Both the position numbers and the translations under genes were made by a program. The notes below the pieces were generated by a model, which had not been told where the DNA came from, made no database searches, and saw only the letters and a program-made list of their open reading frames with translations. From Pristiophorus japonicus (Eukaryota), in NCBI RefSeq assembly GCF_044704955.1, contig NC_091979.1:141918001-141982000 (forward strand): a stretch of 64,000 nt of DNA, read 5' to 3'. Positions 12,009-23,204 of the stretch are shown piece by piece. Positions within the stretch are counted from its first letter, which is position 1; the number at the start of each line of letters is the position of its first letter.

Positions 12009-12653
12009 GGAGTCCGTGTTCCATGTTTTTTTATTGAGTGCACAAGGTTGCAGCCCCTGTTCCATTATTTGAAGGGGCTGCTCCTGAAATTCTGGCTGCA
12101 CTTCAGTCCCACTCTCCTGATCTTTGGGCACCCTGTGCGGAGGGGAGTGGGTAGGTCCGAGGGCCTCCTCGTAGGACTGCTCCTGGGCACGGCCAAGGGT
12201 GCCATCAGCCGGTCCAGGCAGCGGGCGGTCGAGGGGGTCGTTCAACCTGACTGCCTGCCTCTCTTCCGCTCTTACATCTGGTCCAGGGTGGCCTTGGAGA
12301 TGGAGCACGCGGTGTCCACCGGTACGCTCGCGGCCTTCCGCGAGAGGTGGGCACCGGAGGGACTGGAGTGCATCATCATGCCCGGCAACCAAATTTTAAT
12401 TTGATTTTACGTTTTAAAGTTTAATTTGTTTTAATTGCCGATGCTTTTAGTGTTCCCCTTCCCTTTTATAGGGGGCACTGGGGAAAATTGTGATTTTAGT
12501 GCCCAAAAAAAAAAACCAAAAAATAGAAAAACACAAAAAAAAACAAAAAAAAGGTGGGAAAAAAAAAGGGCCTTGTAAATGTCTGGAGTGTCACCCAGGT
12601 CGGGTGGCACCGTTTAATGTTTTATGTTTTTGCAGGTGAACTCCAAAAAGAGT
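12009..12653 (+). mobile_element. Tx1-clade non-LTR retrotransposon, 5'-truncated copy 2 (tandem)
   Basis: Same peptide, stop at 12404, same 5' truncation point. Flanked by TTCATGCACAAGGA at 11995-12008 and 12654-12667. Confidence 0.88.
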
Positions 12654-15264
12654 TTCATGCACAAGGACCTCCAGGTCCCTCTGCACCGCAGCATGTTGTA
12701 ATTTCTCCCCATTCAAATAATATTCTCTTTTACTGTTTTTTTTCCAAGGTGGATGACCTCACATTTTCCAACATTGTATTCCATCTGCCAAACCTTAGCC
12801 CATTCACTTAACCTATCTAAATCTCTTTGCAGCCTTTCTGTTTCCTCGACACAACCCGCTTTCCCACTAATCTTTGTGTCATCTGCAAATTTTGTTACAC
12901 TACACTCTGTCCCCTCTTCCAGGTCATCTATGTATATTGTAAACAGTTGTGGTCCCAGCACCGATCCCTGTGGCATACCACTAACCACCGATTTCTAACC
13001 CGAAAAGGACCCATTTATCCCGACTCTCTGCTTTCTGTTAGCCAGCCAATTCTCGATCCATGCCAATACATTTCCTCTGACTCCGCGTACCTTTATCTTC
13101 TGCAGTAACCTTTTGTGTGGCACCTTATCGAATGCCTTTTGGAAACCTAAATACACCACATCCATCGGTACACCTCTATCCACCATGCTCGTTATATCCT
13201 CAAAGAATTCCAGTAAATTAGTTAAACATGATTTCCCCTTCATGAATCCATGTTGTGTCTGCTTGATTGCACTATTTCTATTGAGATGTCCCGCTATTTC
13301 TTCCTTAATGATAGCTTCAAGCATTTTCCCCACTACAGATGTTAAACTAACTGGCCTATAGTTACCTGCCTTTTGTCTTCCCCCTTTTTTTAAACAGAGG
13401 TGTTACATTAGCTGGTACCTCCCCGGAGTCCAGAGAATTTTGACAGATTATAACGAATGCATCTGCTATAACTTCCACCATCTCTTTTAATACCCTGGGA
13501 TGCATTTCATCAGGACCAGGGGACTTGTCTACCTTGAGTCCCATTAGCCTGTCCAGCACTACCTCCCTAGTGATAGTGATTGTCTCAAGGTCCTCCCTTC
13601 CCACATTCCCGTGACCAGCAATTTTTGGCATGGTTTTTGTGTCTTCCACTGTGAAGACCGAAGCAAAATAATTGTTTATTAAGGTCTCAGCCATTTCCAC
13701 ATTTCCCATTACTAAATCCCCCTTCTCATCTTCTAAAGGACCAACATTTACTTTAGTCACTCTTTTCCTTTTTATATATCGGTAAAAGCTTTTACTATCT
13801 GTTTTTATGTTTTGCGCAAGTTTACTTTCGTAATCTATCTTTCCTTTCTTTATTGCTTTCTTAGTCATTCTTTGCTGTCGTTTAAAATTTTCCCAATCTT
13901 CTAGTTTCCCACTAACCTTGGCCACCTTATACGCATTGGTTTTTAGTTTGATACTCTCCTTTATTTCCTTGGTTATCCATGGCTGGTTATCCCTTCTCTT
14001 ACCGCCCTTTTTCACTGGAATATATTTTTGTTGAGCACTATGAAAGAGCTCCTTAAAAGTCCTCCACTGTTCCTCAATTGTGCCACCGTTTAGTCTGTGT
14101 TCCCAGTCTACGTTAGCTAACTCTGCCCTCATCCCACTGTAGTCCCCTTTGTTTCAGCACAGTACGCTCGTTTGAGACACTACTTCCTCACCCTCAATCT
14201 GTATTACAAATTCAACCATACTGTGATCACTCATTCCGAGAGGATCTTTTACCAGGAGATTGTTTATTATTCCTGTCTCATTACACAGGACCAGATCTAA
14301 GATAGCTTGCTCTCTTGTAGGTTCTGTAACATACTGTTCTAAGAAACAATCCCGTATGCATTCTATGAATTCCTCCTCCAGGCTACCCCGTGCGATTTGA
14401 TTTGACCAATCGATATGTAGGTTAAAATCCCCCATGATTACTGCCATTCCTTTTTCACATGCCTCTATTATTCCCTTGATTATTGTCCGCCCCGCCGTGA
14501 AGTTATTATTTGGGGGCCTATAAACTACGCCCACCAGTGACTTTTTCCCCTTACTATCTCTAATCTCCACCCACAATGAATCAACATTTTGTTCATTAGA
14601 GCCAATATCATCCCTTGCAACTGCCCTGATATCATCCTTTATTAACAGAGCTACCCCACCTCCTTTCCCTTCTTGTCTATCCTTCAGAATTGTCAGATAC
14701 CCCTGTATGTTTAATTCCCAGTCTTGGCCACCCTGCAACCACGTTTCTGTAATGGCCACCAAATCATACCCATTTGTAATGATTTGTGCCATCAACTCAT
14801 TTATTTATTTCGAATGCTGCGTGCGTTTAGGTAAAGTGTTTTAATACTAGCTTTTAAACCATGATTTTTAGTTTTGACCCCTCCTGCAGCCCCTTTATAT
14901 TCATACATATTGTCCCTTCCTATCACCTTGTGGTTTACACTTACCCCAGTGCTACTCTGCTCTGTTGCCTCCTGCCTTTTGCATTCTTTCTTGGGGTCCT
15001 GTTCATCTGCGCTCTCACCCACTCTAACTAGCTCAGAGCCCTCTCCTGGGTTCCGAATACTCCTCGCATTGAGGCACCGAGCTTTCAGGCTTGCCTTTTT
15101 ATTACACTTTGGCCCTTTAGAATTTTGCTGTACATTGGCCCTTTTTGTTTTTTGCCTTGGGTTTCTCTGCGCTCCACTTTTACTCATCTCCTTTCTGTCT
15201 TTTGCTTCTGTCTCCATTTTGTTTCCCTCTGTCTCCCTGCATTGGTCCCCATCCCCCTGCCATA

Positions 15265-16203
15265 TTAGTTTAACTCCTCCCCAACAGCACCAGCAAACAC
15301 ACCCCCTAGGACATTGGTTCCGGTCTTGCCCAGGTGCAGACCGTCCGATTTGTACTGGTCGCACCTCCCCCAGAATCGCCCCAGGAATTTGAATCCCTCC
15401 CTGCTGCACCACTGCTCAAGCCACGTATTCATCTGTGCTATCCTGCGATTCCTACTCTGACTAGCACGTGGCACTGGTAGCAATCCCGAGATTATTACTT
15501 TTGAGGACCTACTTTTTAATTTAGCTCCTTGCTCCTTAAATTCGTCTCGTAGAACCTCATCCCTTTTTTTACCTATGTCGTTGGTACCAATGTGCACCAC
15601 AACAACTGGCTGTTCTCCCTCCATTTTCAGAATGTCCTGCACCCACTCCGAGACATCCTTGACCCTTGCACCAGGGAGGCAACATACCATCCTGGAGTCT
15701 CTGTTGTGGCCGCAGAAACGCCTATGTATTCCCCTTGCAATTGAATCCCCTATCACTATCGCTCTCCCACTCTTTTTCCTGCCCTCCTGTGCAACAGAGC
15801 CAGCCACGGTGCCATGAACTTGGCTGCTGCTGCCCTTCCCTGATGAGTCATCCGCCTCAACAGTACTCACTGCAGTGTATCTGTTTTGCAGGGGGATGAC
15901 CGCAGGGGACCCCTGCACTACCTTCCTTGCACTGCTCTTCCTGCTGGTCTTCCATTCCCTAGCTGGCTGTGGACCCTTCACCTGCAGTAAGACCAATTCG
16001 CTACACGTGCTACTCACATCATTCTCGGCATCGTGGCTGCTCCAGAGTGAATCCACCCTTAGCTCCAATTCCGCAACGCTGACCGTCAGGAGCTGGAGGC
16101 GGATACACTTCCCGCACACGTCGTTGTCAGGGACACTGGAAGTGTCCCTGAGTTCCCACGTGGTACAGGAGGAGCATATCACGTGACCGAGCTCTCCTGC
16201 CGT
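15265..16203 (-). CDS. CR1 ORF1 protein: zinc finger/leucine zipper plus SGNH esterase domain; open frame, presumptive start codon mutated to ACG
   Basis: CSSC...CGKC, heptad leucines, IGDSI, HIGTND and DGLHL motifs. In-frame ACG GCA GGA GAG begins at 16203. Confidence 0.85.
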   Translation of the reverse strand, partial: TAGELGHVICSSCTTWELRDTSSVPDNDVCGKCIRLQLLTVSVAELELRVDSLWSSHDAENDVSSTCSELVLLQVKGPQPAREWKTSRKSSARKVVQGSPAVIPLQNRYTAVSTVEADDSSGKGSSSQVHGTVAGSVAQEGRKKSGRAIVIGDSIARGIHRRFCGHNRDSRMVCCLPGARVKDVSEWVQDILKMEGEQPVVVVHIGTNDIGKKRDEVLRDEFKEQGAKLKSRSSKVIISGLLPVPRASQSRNRRIAQMNTWLEQWCSREGFKFLGRFWGRCDQYKSDGLHLGKTGTNVLGGVFAGAVGEELN

Positions 16204-16388
16204 GACTTAACCCTTCGATACACTTAATTTGGCAACAACAATGTTAACAGGTTACTTACTGATATAAAAAAGGAAAAGAAAAGCTACTCACCAATCACCA
16301 GCCAATCACTTACCCCTTTGGCTGTGACGTCACCTTTTGATTCCTTTCTACATCTTTTTTGCTTTTTCTCCCGGCTAGAGCTGCACAA

Positions 16389-16580
16389 GCTGGGCCTTTT
16401 GTAGGTCTCACGACGCACCTCGAGCTCCCACCTCCGATCTGCCGCCGCCTCTTGCAGCCGCTGGGCCTTTTGTAGGCCTCACCACGCACCTCGAGCTCCC
16501 GCCTCCAATCTGCCGCCGCCTCTCGCAGCCGCTGGGCCTTTATAGGCCTCTCCACGCACCTCGAGCTCCCGCCTCCGATC
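16389..16580 (-). repeat. 71-bp tandem monomers (2.7 copies) forming the CR1 5' end
   Basis: Unit GCTGGGCCTTTT...GCAGCC starts at 16389, 16460 and 16531. CpG-rich, with GGCCTAYAAAAGGCC on the - strand. Confidence 0.9.
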
Positions 16581-18479
16581 TATGTGTGGAGGCAGAAGAT
16601 GTGGGTATGATTCTTAATGAATGCTTTACGCTTGTTTTCACAAAAGAGAGGGGCGATGCAGACTTTGCACTGAGGGACGAGTGTGAAATATTAGATGAGG
16701 TCAACATAGTGAGAGAAGAAGTATTAAGGGGCTTAGCAGCTTTGAAAGTGAATAAATCCCCAGGCCCTGTTGAAATGTATCCCAGGCAGTTAAGAGAAGC
16801 AAAGGGGGAACTAGCAGAGGCTCTGACCAACATTTTTGAGTCCTCTCTGCCTACAGGTGTGATGCCAGCAGACTGCTAATGCTGTACCTTTGCTTAAAAA
16901 GGGAGAAAGGGATAGACTGAGTAATTACAGGCCAGTCAGCCTAACCTCAGTGGTGGGAAAATTAATGGAAAAATCCTGAGGGACAGGATAAATTTTAATT
17001 TGGAAAGACATGGATTAAGCATGGATTTGTTAAGGATAGTCAGCATGGATTTGTTAAGGGAAGGTCGTGTTTGATTAACTTGATTGAATTTTTCAAGGAG
17101 GTTACCAAGAGGGTCGATGAGGGCAGTGCATATGATATAGTGTATATAGATTTTAGCAAAGCTTTTGATAAGGTCCCATATTGCAGACTGGTCACGAAAG
17201 TAAAAGCCCATGGGATCCAGGGCAAAGTGGCAAGTTGGATCCAAAATTGGCTCGGAGGCAGGAAGCAAAGGGTAATAATTGATGGGTGTTTTTGTGATTG
17301 GAAGGTGGTTCTGCAGGGCTCAGTGGTGGGTCCCTTGCTTTTTGTGGTATATATCAATGACTTGGACTTGAATGTTGGGGCTATGATTAAGAAGTTTGCA
17401 GATTACACTAAAATAGGCTGTGTGATTGATAATGAAGAAGAAAGCTGCGGACTGCAGGAAGATATCAATGTACTGGTCAGGTGGGTAAAACAGTGGTAAA
17501 TGAAATTCAATCCAGGTAATTGTGAGGTAATGCATTTGGGGAGGTCTAACAAGGCAAGGGAATACACATTAAGTGGTACGACACTAAAAAGTGTAGAGGA
17601 ACAGAGGGACCTTGGAGTGCAGGTCCACAGATCCCTGAAGGTAGCAGGCCAGGTAAATAAGGTGGTTAAGAAGGCATACGGAATACTTGCCTTTATTAGT
17701 TGAGGCATGGAATACAAGAGCAAGGATGTTATGCTTGAACGGTATAAAACACTGGTTAGGCCACAGCTGGAGTACTGTGTGCAGTTCTGGTCACCACATT
17801 AGAGAAAAGATGTGATTGCACTGGACAGGGTGCAGTGGAGATTTACAAGAATGTTACCTGGACTGGAGAATTTTGGCTATGAGGAGAGATTGGAGATGCT
17901 GGGTCTGTTTTCTTTGGAACAGAGGAGGCTGAGGGGAGACCTGATTGAGGTGTATAAAATTATGAGGGGCCTGGATAAAGTGGATAGGAAGGACCAGTTT
18001 TCCTTGGCGGAGGGGTCAACAACCAGGGGGGCATAGATTTAAAGTAAATGGGGGGGAGGTTTAGAGGAGATATGAGGTCTTCACCCAGAGGGAGGTGGGG
18101 GTCTGGAACTCACTGCCTGAAAGGGTGGTAGAGGCAGAAAGCTTCACCACATTTAAAACAATACTTGGATGTGCATTTATAGTGTCGTAATGTACAGGAC
18201 TACGAATGAAGAGCTGCAAAGTGGGATTAGGGAATAGCTCTTGGTCGGCCAGCGCAGACACAATGGGCCAAAATGGCCTCCTTCCGTGCTGTAAATTCCT
18301 ATGATTCTATGATATGAATTACTTCCGGAGTAGCAATCATGCTACTCCATGAAGGCAAAATTTTTTCTGAGCAGACTGTAATTTACATTATGAACCAACT
18401 GCCAGTAGATCCTGAGGCAGCAAATATTTTCAAACTGTGTAAGTGCTACACGTTCACAGCAGTAATATCAGTTCCCCCC

Positions 18480-21400
18480 TGTTACACTCGTAATAAATGG
18501 TCAGACTGAGTACTGTATGTAATGAGCAAGTATCACCTTAGCTCCTTTATTAAGCTCCCAGAGTGCAAGTACCTCGTGGGTGGCCTGCTTATATACTGTG
18601 CTTCCAAGGGATGCTGGGATCCCTTGGGACTCCAACAGGTGGGCCCTCTGGTGGTCAGGTGTGATGCAGGTTACAAGGGGTTAAATACATAACATCACTC
18701 TCCCGTGAAGTCAACAGTACACTTATTTACAAAGTGAGACAATCTAGGGCTTTGCGCTCCCTTGTTGATCGTCTCAGTACAAATGCTGGTGTGGGTGGGT
18801 TGTTCAGTTCTTCACTCGGCTGTTGGGCAGCCGGCCTTATTGGGCTGCTGGGGATGATGAGTTCGGTTTCGTGGTCAACTGTGATGTCAGTTGCCACTTG
18901 TGTGTGTGTGTTGGAAGGTCAAAGTTGGTGATGTCCTCTTCAGGTTGTTCGTAGCTGTTGGTGAACCGCAATTGGATTTGGTCCAAGTGTTTTCTGTGCG
19001 TTTGTCCATTAGTCAGTTTGACCTGAAACACCCTACTCCCCTCTTTGGCTGTGACGTGCCAGCGAGCCATTTGGTACCATGTCCATAATTGAGCACAAAC
19101 ACAGGATCATTGATCTCAATATCGCGTGACAAATTTGCGTGATCATGGTACACACTTTGTTGATGCCGCTTGTCCTCCACGTGATCATGTAGATCAGGGT
19201 GGACAAGAGAGCCTTGTTTTAAGCGCCCTTTTCATGAGCAGCTCAGCTGGGGGAATCCCGGTGAGTGAGTGGGATCTGGTGTGTTAGCTGAGCAGTACTT
19301 GGGACAACCGGGTCTGCAGGGAGCCTTCCGACACGTGTTTCAAGCTTTGCTTGATGGTCTGAACTGCCCGTTCTGCCTGGCTGTTGGATGCGGGCTTGAA
19401 CGGGGCAGATGTGACATGTTTGATCCCGTTGCGGGTCATGAATTCCTTGAATTCAGCACTGGTGAAGCACGGCCCATTGTCGCTGACTAGGACATCAGGC
19501 AAGCCGTGCGTGGCAAACATAGCTCGTAGGCTTTCAGTGGTGACCTTGGATGTGCTTACAGACATTATTGCACATTCAATCCATTTTGAGTAAGCGCCCA
19601 CGACAACCAAAAACATTTTGCCTAGGAATGGGCCGCATAATCTACATAGATCCTCCTCGACCACGGTTTGGATGGCCATGACCACAAACTTAACAGTGCC
19701 TCTTTAGGTGCATTGCTCAACTGAGAGCAAGTGTTGCACTGGCGCACGCATGACTCTAAATCTGAGTCGATGCCAGGCCACCACACGTGGGATCTGGCTA
19801 TGGCTTTCATCATTACGATGCCTGGGTGGGTGTTGTGCAGTTCACAAATAAATGTGTCTCTGCCTCACAAAAGACAGTCCACCTACAGGGACAGCTCATC
19901 TTTGCATCTGTGAAACAGCTTAATCGCTTCCTGCATCTCCACTGGGACACTGGACCAGCTCCCATGGAGGACACAGTTTTTTTTACCAAGGACAGTAAAG
20001 GATCCTGGCTGGTCCAGGTCCTGATCTGGCAGACCATAACGGGGGATTTCTCATTCTCAAATGCCTCCACAACCATGAGCAAGTCCGCTGGCTGTGCCAT
20101 TTCCACCCCGGTGGTGGGCAATGGTAGCCAACTGAGAGCATCTGCGCAATTCTCTGTGCCCAGTCTGTGGCGGATTACATAGTTGTATGCCGACAGCGTG
20201 AGCACCCATCTTTGGATGCGGGCAGAGGCATTGGTATTAATCCCTTTGCTCTCCGAGAATAGCGATATGAGCGGCTTGTGGTCAGTTTCAAGCTCGAACT
20301 TGAGGCCAAATAAGTACTGATGCATTTTTTTTTTAACCCATTAAACGCACGCCAGAGCCTCTTTTTCAACCATGCTGTGGGCCCTGGACAAACTCCTGGA
20401 TGCATATGCAACAGGTTGTAAAATTCCCGATTCATTAGCCTGTTGTAACACACACCTGACGCATCGCAAGCTAACACCAATCGTTTACATGGGTTATACA
20501 GGACAAGCAGTTTGTTAGAACACAATAAGTTTCTGGCTTTCTTAAAGGCACCCTCTTGTGAATTCCCCCATACCCAGTCGTCTCCCTTGCATAGTAGCAC
20601 ATGTAGGGGTTCTAGCAGGGTGCTTAACCCAGGTAGGAAATTACCAAAATAGTTAAGGAGCCCCAGGAACGACCGCAGCTCTGTCATGTTCTGTGGTCGC
20701 GGCGCGTTCTTGATGGCCTCCATCTTGGCGCCATGGGTCTGATGCTGCCTGCTGTGATTCTCCTTCCTAAGAATTCGACGTCCTGTGCCAGGAAAACACA
20801 CTTCGAGCATTTCAACTTGAGCCCCACGCAATCCAACCGACTAAGAACCTCCTCCAGATTCTTCAAGTGCTCCATGGTGTCCCGACCTGTAACCAATATG
20901 TCGTCCTGGAAGACCACTGTGCAAGGAACCAACTTTAGCAGGCTCTCCATGTTCCACTGGAAGATCGCTGCGGCCGACCGAATCCCAAACAGGCACCGGT
21001 TGTAGATAAACAGACCTTTGTGCGTGTTGATGCAGGTGAGGCCTTTCGAAGACTCCTCCAGCTCCTGCGTCATGTAGGCCGAGGTCAGGTTCAGCTTGGT
21101 GAACGTCTTCCCTCCAGTCAGGGTCGCAAATAGGTCATCTGCCTTGGGTAGCGGTTATTGGTCCTGCAGCGAAAAACGGTTAATCGTTACTTTATAGTCC
21201 CCGCAAATTCTAACCGTACTGTCCTTAAGTACCGGAACAATCGGACTGGCCCAGTCGTTGAATTCCACCGCGCGATGATGCCTTCACAGCTGTCCAGCCT
21301 GTTGCAGCCTGTCCAGCTCTATTTCCACTTTTTCACCCATCATGTATGGTACCGCCCGAGCCTTGTGGTGGATGGGTCTCATACCGGGAACCAAATGGAT

Positions 21401-22897
21401 CTGCACTTTCGCTCCCAAAAAGCTTCCAATGCCTGGCTTGAATAACGAAGGGAAATTGCTTAGAACCTGGGTACATGCGGTGTCGTCGACGGATGAAAGC
21501 GCTCGGATGTCGTCCCAGTTCCAGCGGATTTTCCCCCAGCCAGCTTCTACCAAACAACGTGGGGCCATCCCCTGGCACAATCCACAGCGGGAGTTCGTGT
21601 ACTGCTCCATCATAGGAGACTTTGACTTCTGCACTGCCAATTACAGGGATTAGTTCCTTGGTGTAAGTCCTTAGTTTGGTGTGAATGGGGCTGAGCTTGG
21701 GCCTGTGTGCCTTCTTTCCCCACAGCATATCGAAGGCCATTTTACTCATTATGGACTGACTTGCCCCCGTGTCCAGCTCCATAGACACTGGAATACCGTT
21801 CAGTTCAACTTTCAACATGATTGGTGGGCATTTCGTCATGAACGTGTGTACCCCGTACACCTCTGCCTCCTCAGTACGAGTTTCCAATTCCGTCTGATCC
21901 ACTGTGGATCGATCTTTCTCTACAACGTGGTGGTTTGCAGGGTTTGCAGCTCGCCTGCACATTCGTTGGAGGTGTCCCATTGTTCTGCAGCCATTGCACG
22001 CATAGTGCTTAAAGTGGCATTGATGGGGCCGATGATCACCTCCGCAGCGCCAACAGGATGTTAACTGCTTCGCATTAACAGATGACTCCGGACTCTGGGT
22101 CAGTTGAGGTCGGGCCACAGCAGCTGGCGTGTACGTTCTGCCCTGTACATTTCTGCTCAAAACTGACGTTACTTTATGCACAGTACTGGCCGAAACTTCT
22201 TTGTTCTGCAAAATCTGCTTGGTGTTGTCGCTGGTGGATATAAATGCCTGGGCTATCGTTATGGCTTTACTTAGATTTGGAGTTTCTACAGTCAATGGTT
22301 TGCAAAGGATTGTCTCATGTCCGATGCCCAGTACAAAAAAGTCTCTGAGCATTTGTTCTAGGAATCCCTCAAACTCACAATGTCCTGCAAGGCGCCTTAG
22401 TTCAGCGACGTAGCTCGCCACTTCCTGGCCCTCCGATCGTTGACACGTGTAGAAGCGATTATCTCGCCATCAAAACGCTTTCCTTAGGATTTAGGTGCTC
22501 CTGGACCAGCGTACACAATTCTTCGTAGGATTTCTGTTGGTTTTGCCGGGGCCAGGAGATTCTTCATGAGGGCATAGGTTGTTGCCCCAAGACAGTTGGG
22601 AGGATCACCTTTCGTTTGGTCATGTTCTCGTCCCCTTCCAGCTCGTTAGCCACGAAGTATTGGTTGCGTCTCTCCATGAAGGCCTCCCAATCGTCCCCTT
22701 CTGAGAACTTCTCCAGGATGCCGACTGTACTTTGCATTTTCGCACGGTTGTTCGTTACCTCGTCGCTAATTATTACACTCATAATAAATGGTCAGACTGA
22801 TAACTGTGTGTAATAAGTGTGACCTTAGCTCCTTTAATAAGACTCCAGAGTGCAGGTACCTCGTGGGAGGCCGGCTTATATACTGTGCCTCCAAGGG
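18480..22897 (-). mobile_element. Second Mag-like Ty3/Gypsy LTR retrotransposon, decayed, 5' LTR truncated
   Basis: Complete LTR at 18480-18694 (TGTTAC...ATAACA). Partial LTR at 22771-22897. PBS TAGCGACGAGGT. Gag-PR (ELDTGA), RT (FQDD), RNase H and integrase are homologous to element 1. Confidence 0.93.
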
Positions 22898-23204
22898 GGC
22901 TGAGAATCTCCCTCAGCCTGCAAAGCACTGCCAGCCAGTAAGTGCATATTCTGCTTTAAAAATGTCATTATGAATATAGGCTTCCGTTAGCCAACTTCCG
23001 CTGTCAATTGTACCTTATGATTCATGAGAACACAGAGCTGGGGATGGAAAGGGACGGATTAAGTTAAATTGAAGTTTGAAAGTTATTTTTTAAGTTGACG
23101 AGTCTGGAATGAAACCTTATATGACAATTGATACCGTCATTAAAACCAAGATATACAATTGAGTTTCCAAGATGAACAAAGATCACACTCTGCAGCTGAG
23201 CCCA

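Larger units (their letters stand above)
10656..16579 (-). mobile_element. Near-full-length, relatively young CR1 LINE (5'UTR repeats, ORF1, ORF2) inserted in the host CR1
   Basis: (TTCTTATG)n tail at ~10656-10672. ORF2 pieces at 14154-14795 (APE), 13362-14132, 12995-13333, 12713-12988 (RT, KFADD) and 10912-11121. ORF1 at 15265-16203. Flanking CTAT at 10652-10655 and 16580-16583 is a candidate TSD. Confidence 0.93.
3960..18313 (+). mobile_element. Host CR1 LINE (decayed), split into pieces ~3960-4073, 4612-5850, 10386-10655, 16580-18313 by nested insertions
   Basis: In order: ORF1 SGNH esterase remnant (VVVSGLLP, DGLH), APE endonuclease (IAITETW, IVGDFNYP), RT (YIDFSKAFDKVP, QGSVVGPLLF, FAD), CR1 C-terminus and a (TTCTATGA)-type tail at ~18297-18313. 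The reading continues across the insertions (SRAP|WMSRDI; RDHKGKL|CVEAEDVG). Confidence 0.88.

Noticed and set aside
11194-12392. 184-aa and 135-aa minus-strand ORFs
   Set aside because: Antisense shadows of the GC-rich Tx1 coding sequence; the longer one is fused to CR1 RT.
11353-12667. Three identical short repeats with intervening sequence, superficially CRISPR-like
   Set aside because: The repeats are 14-bp target-site duplications, the spacers are near-identical ~630-bp retrotransposon ends, the context is eukaryotic and there are no cas genes.
17018-17059. Small direct duplication AGCATGGATTTGTTAAGG in the host CR1
   Set aside because: Ordinary slippage or repair duplication in a dead element.
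18327-18444. Short open frame (MLLHEGKIFSEQ...) ending at GTAAGT, with a 9-bp hairpin GGAGTAGCA/TGCTACTCC
   Set aside because: No recognisable homology, no acceptor or partner exons, and it is squeezed between two transposons; compatible with chance.
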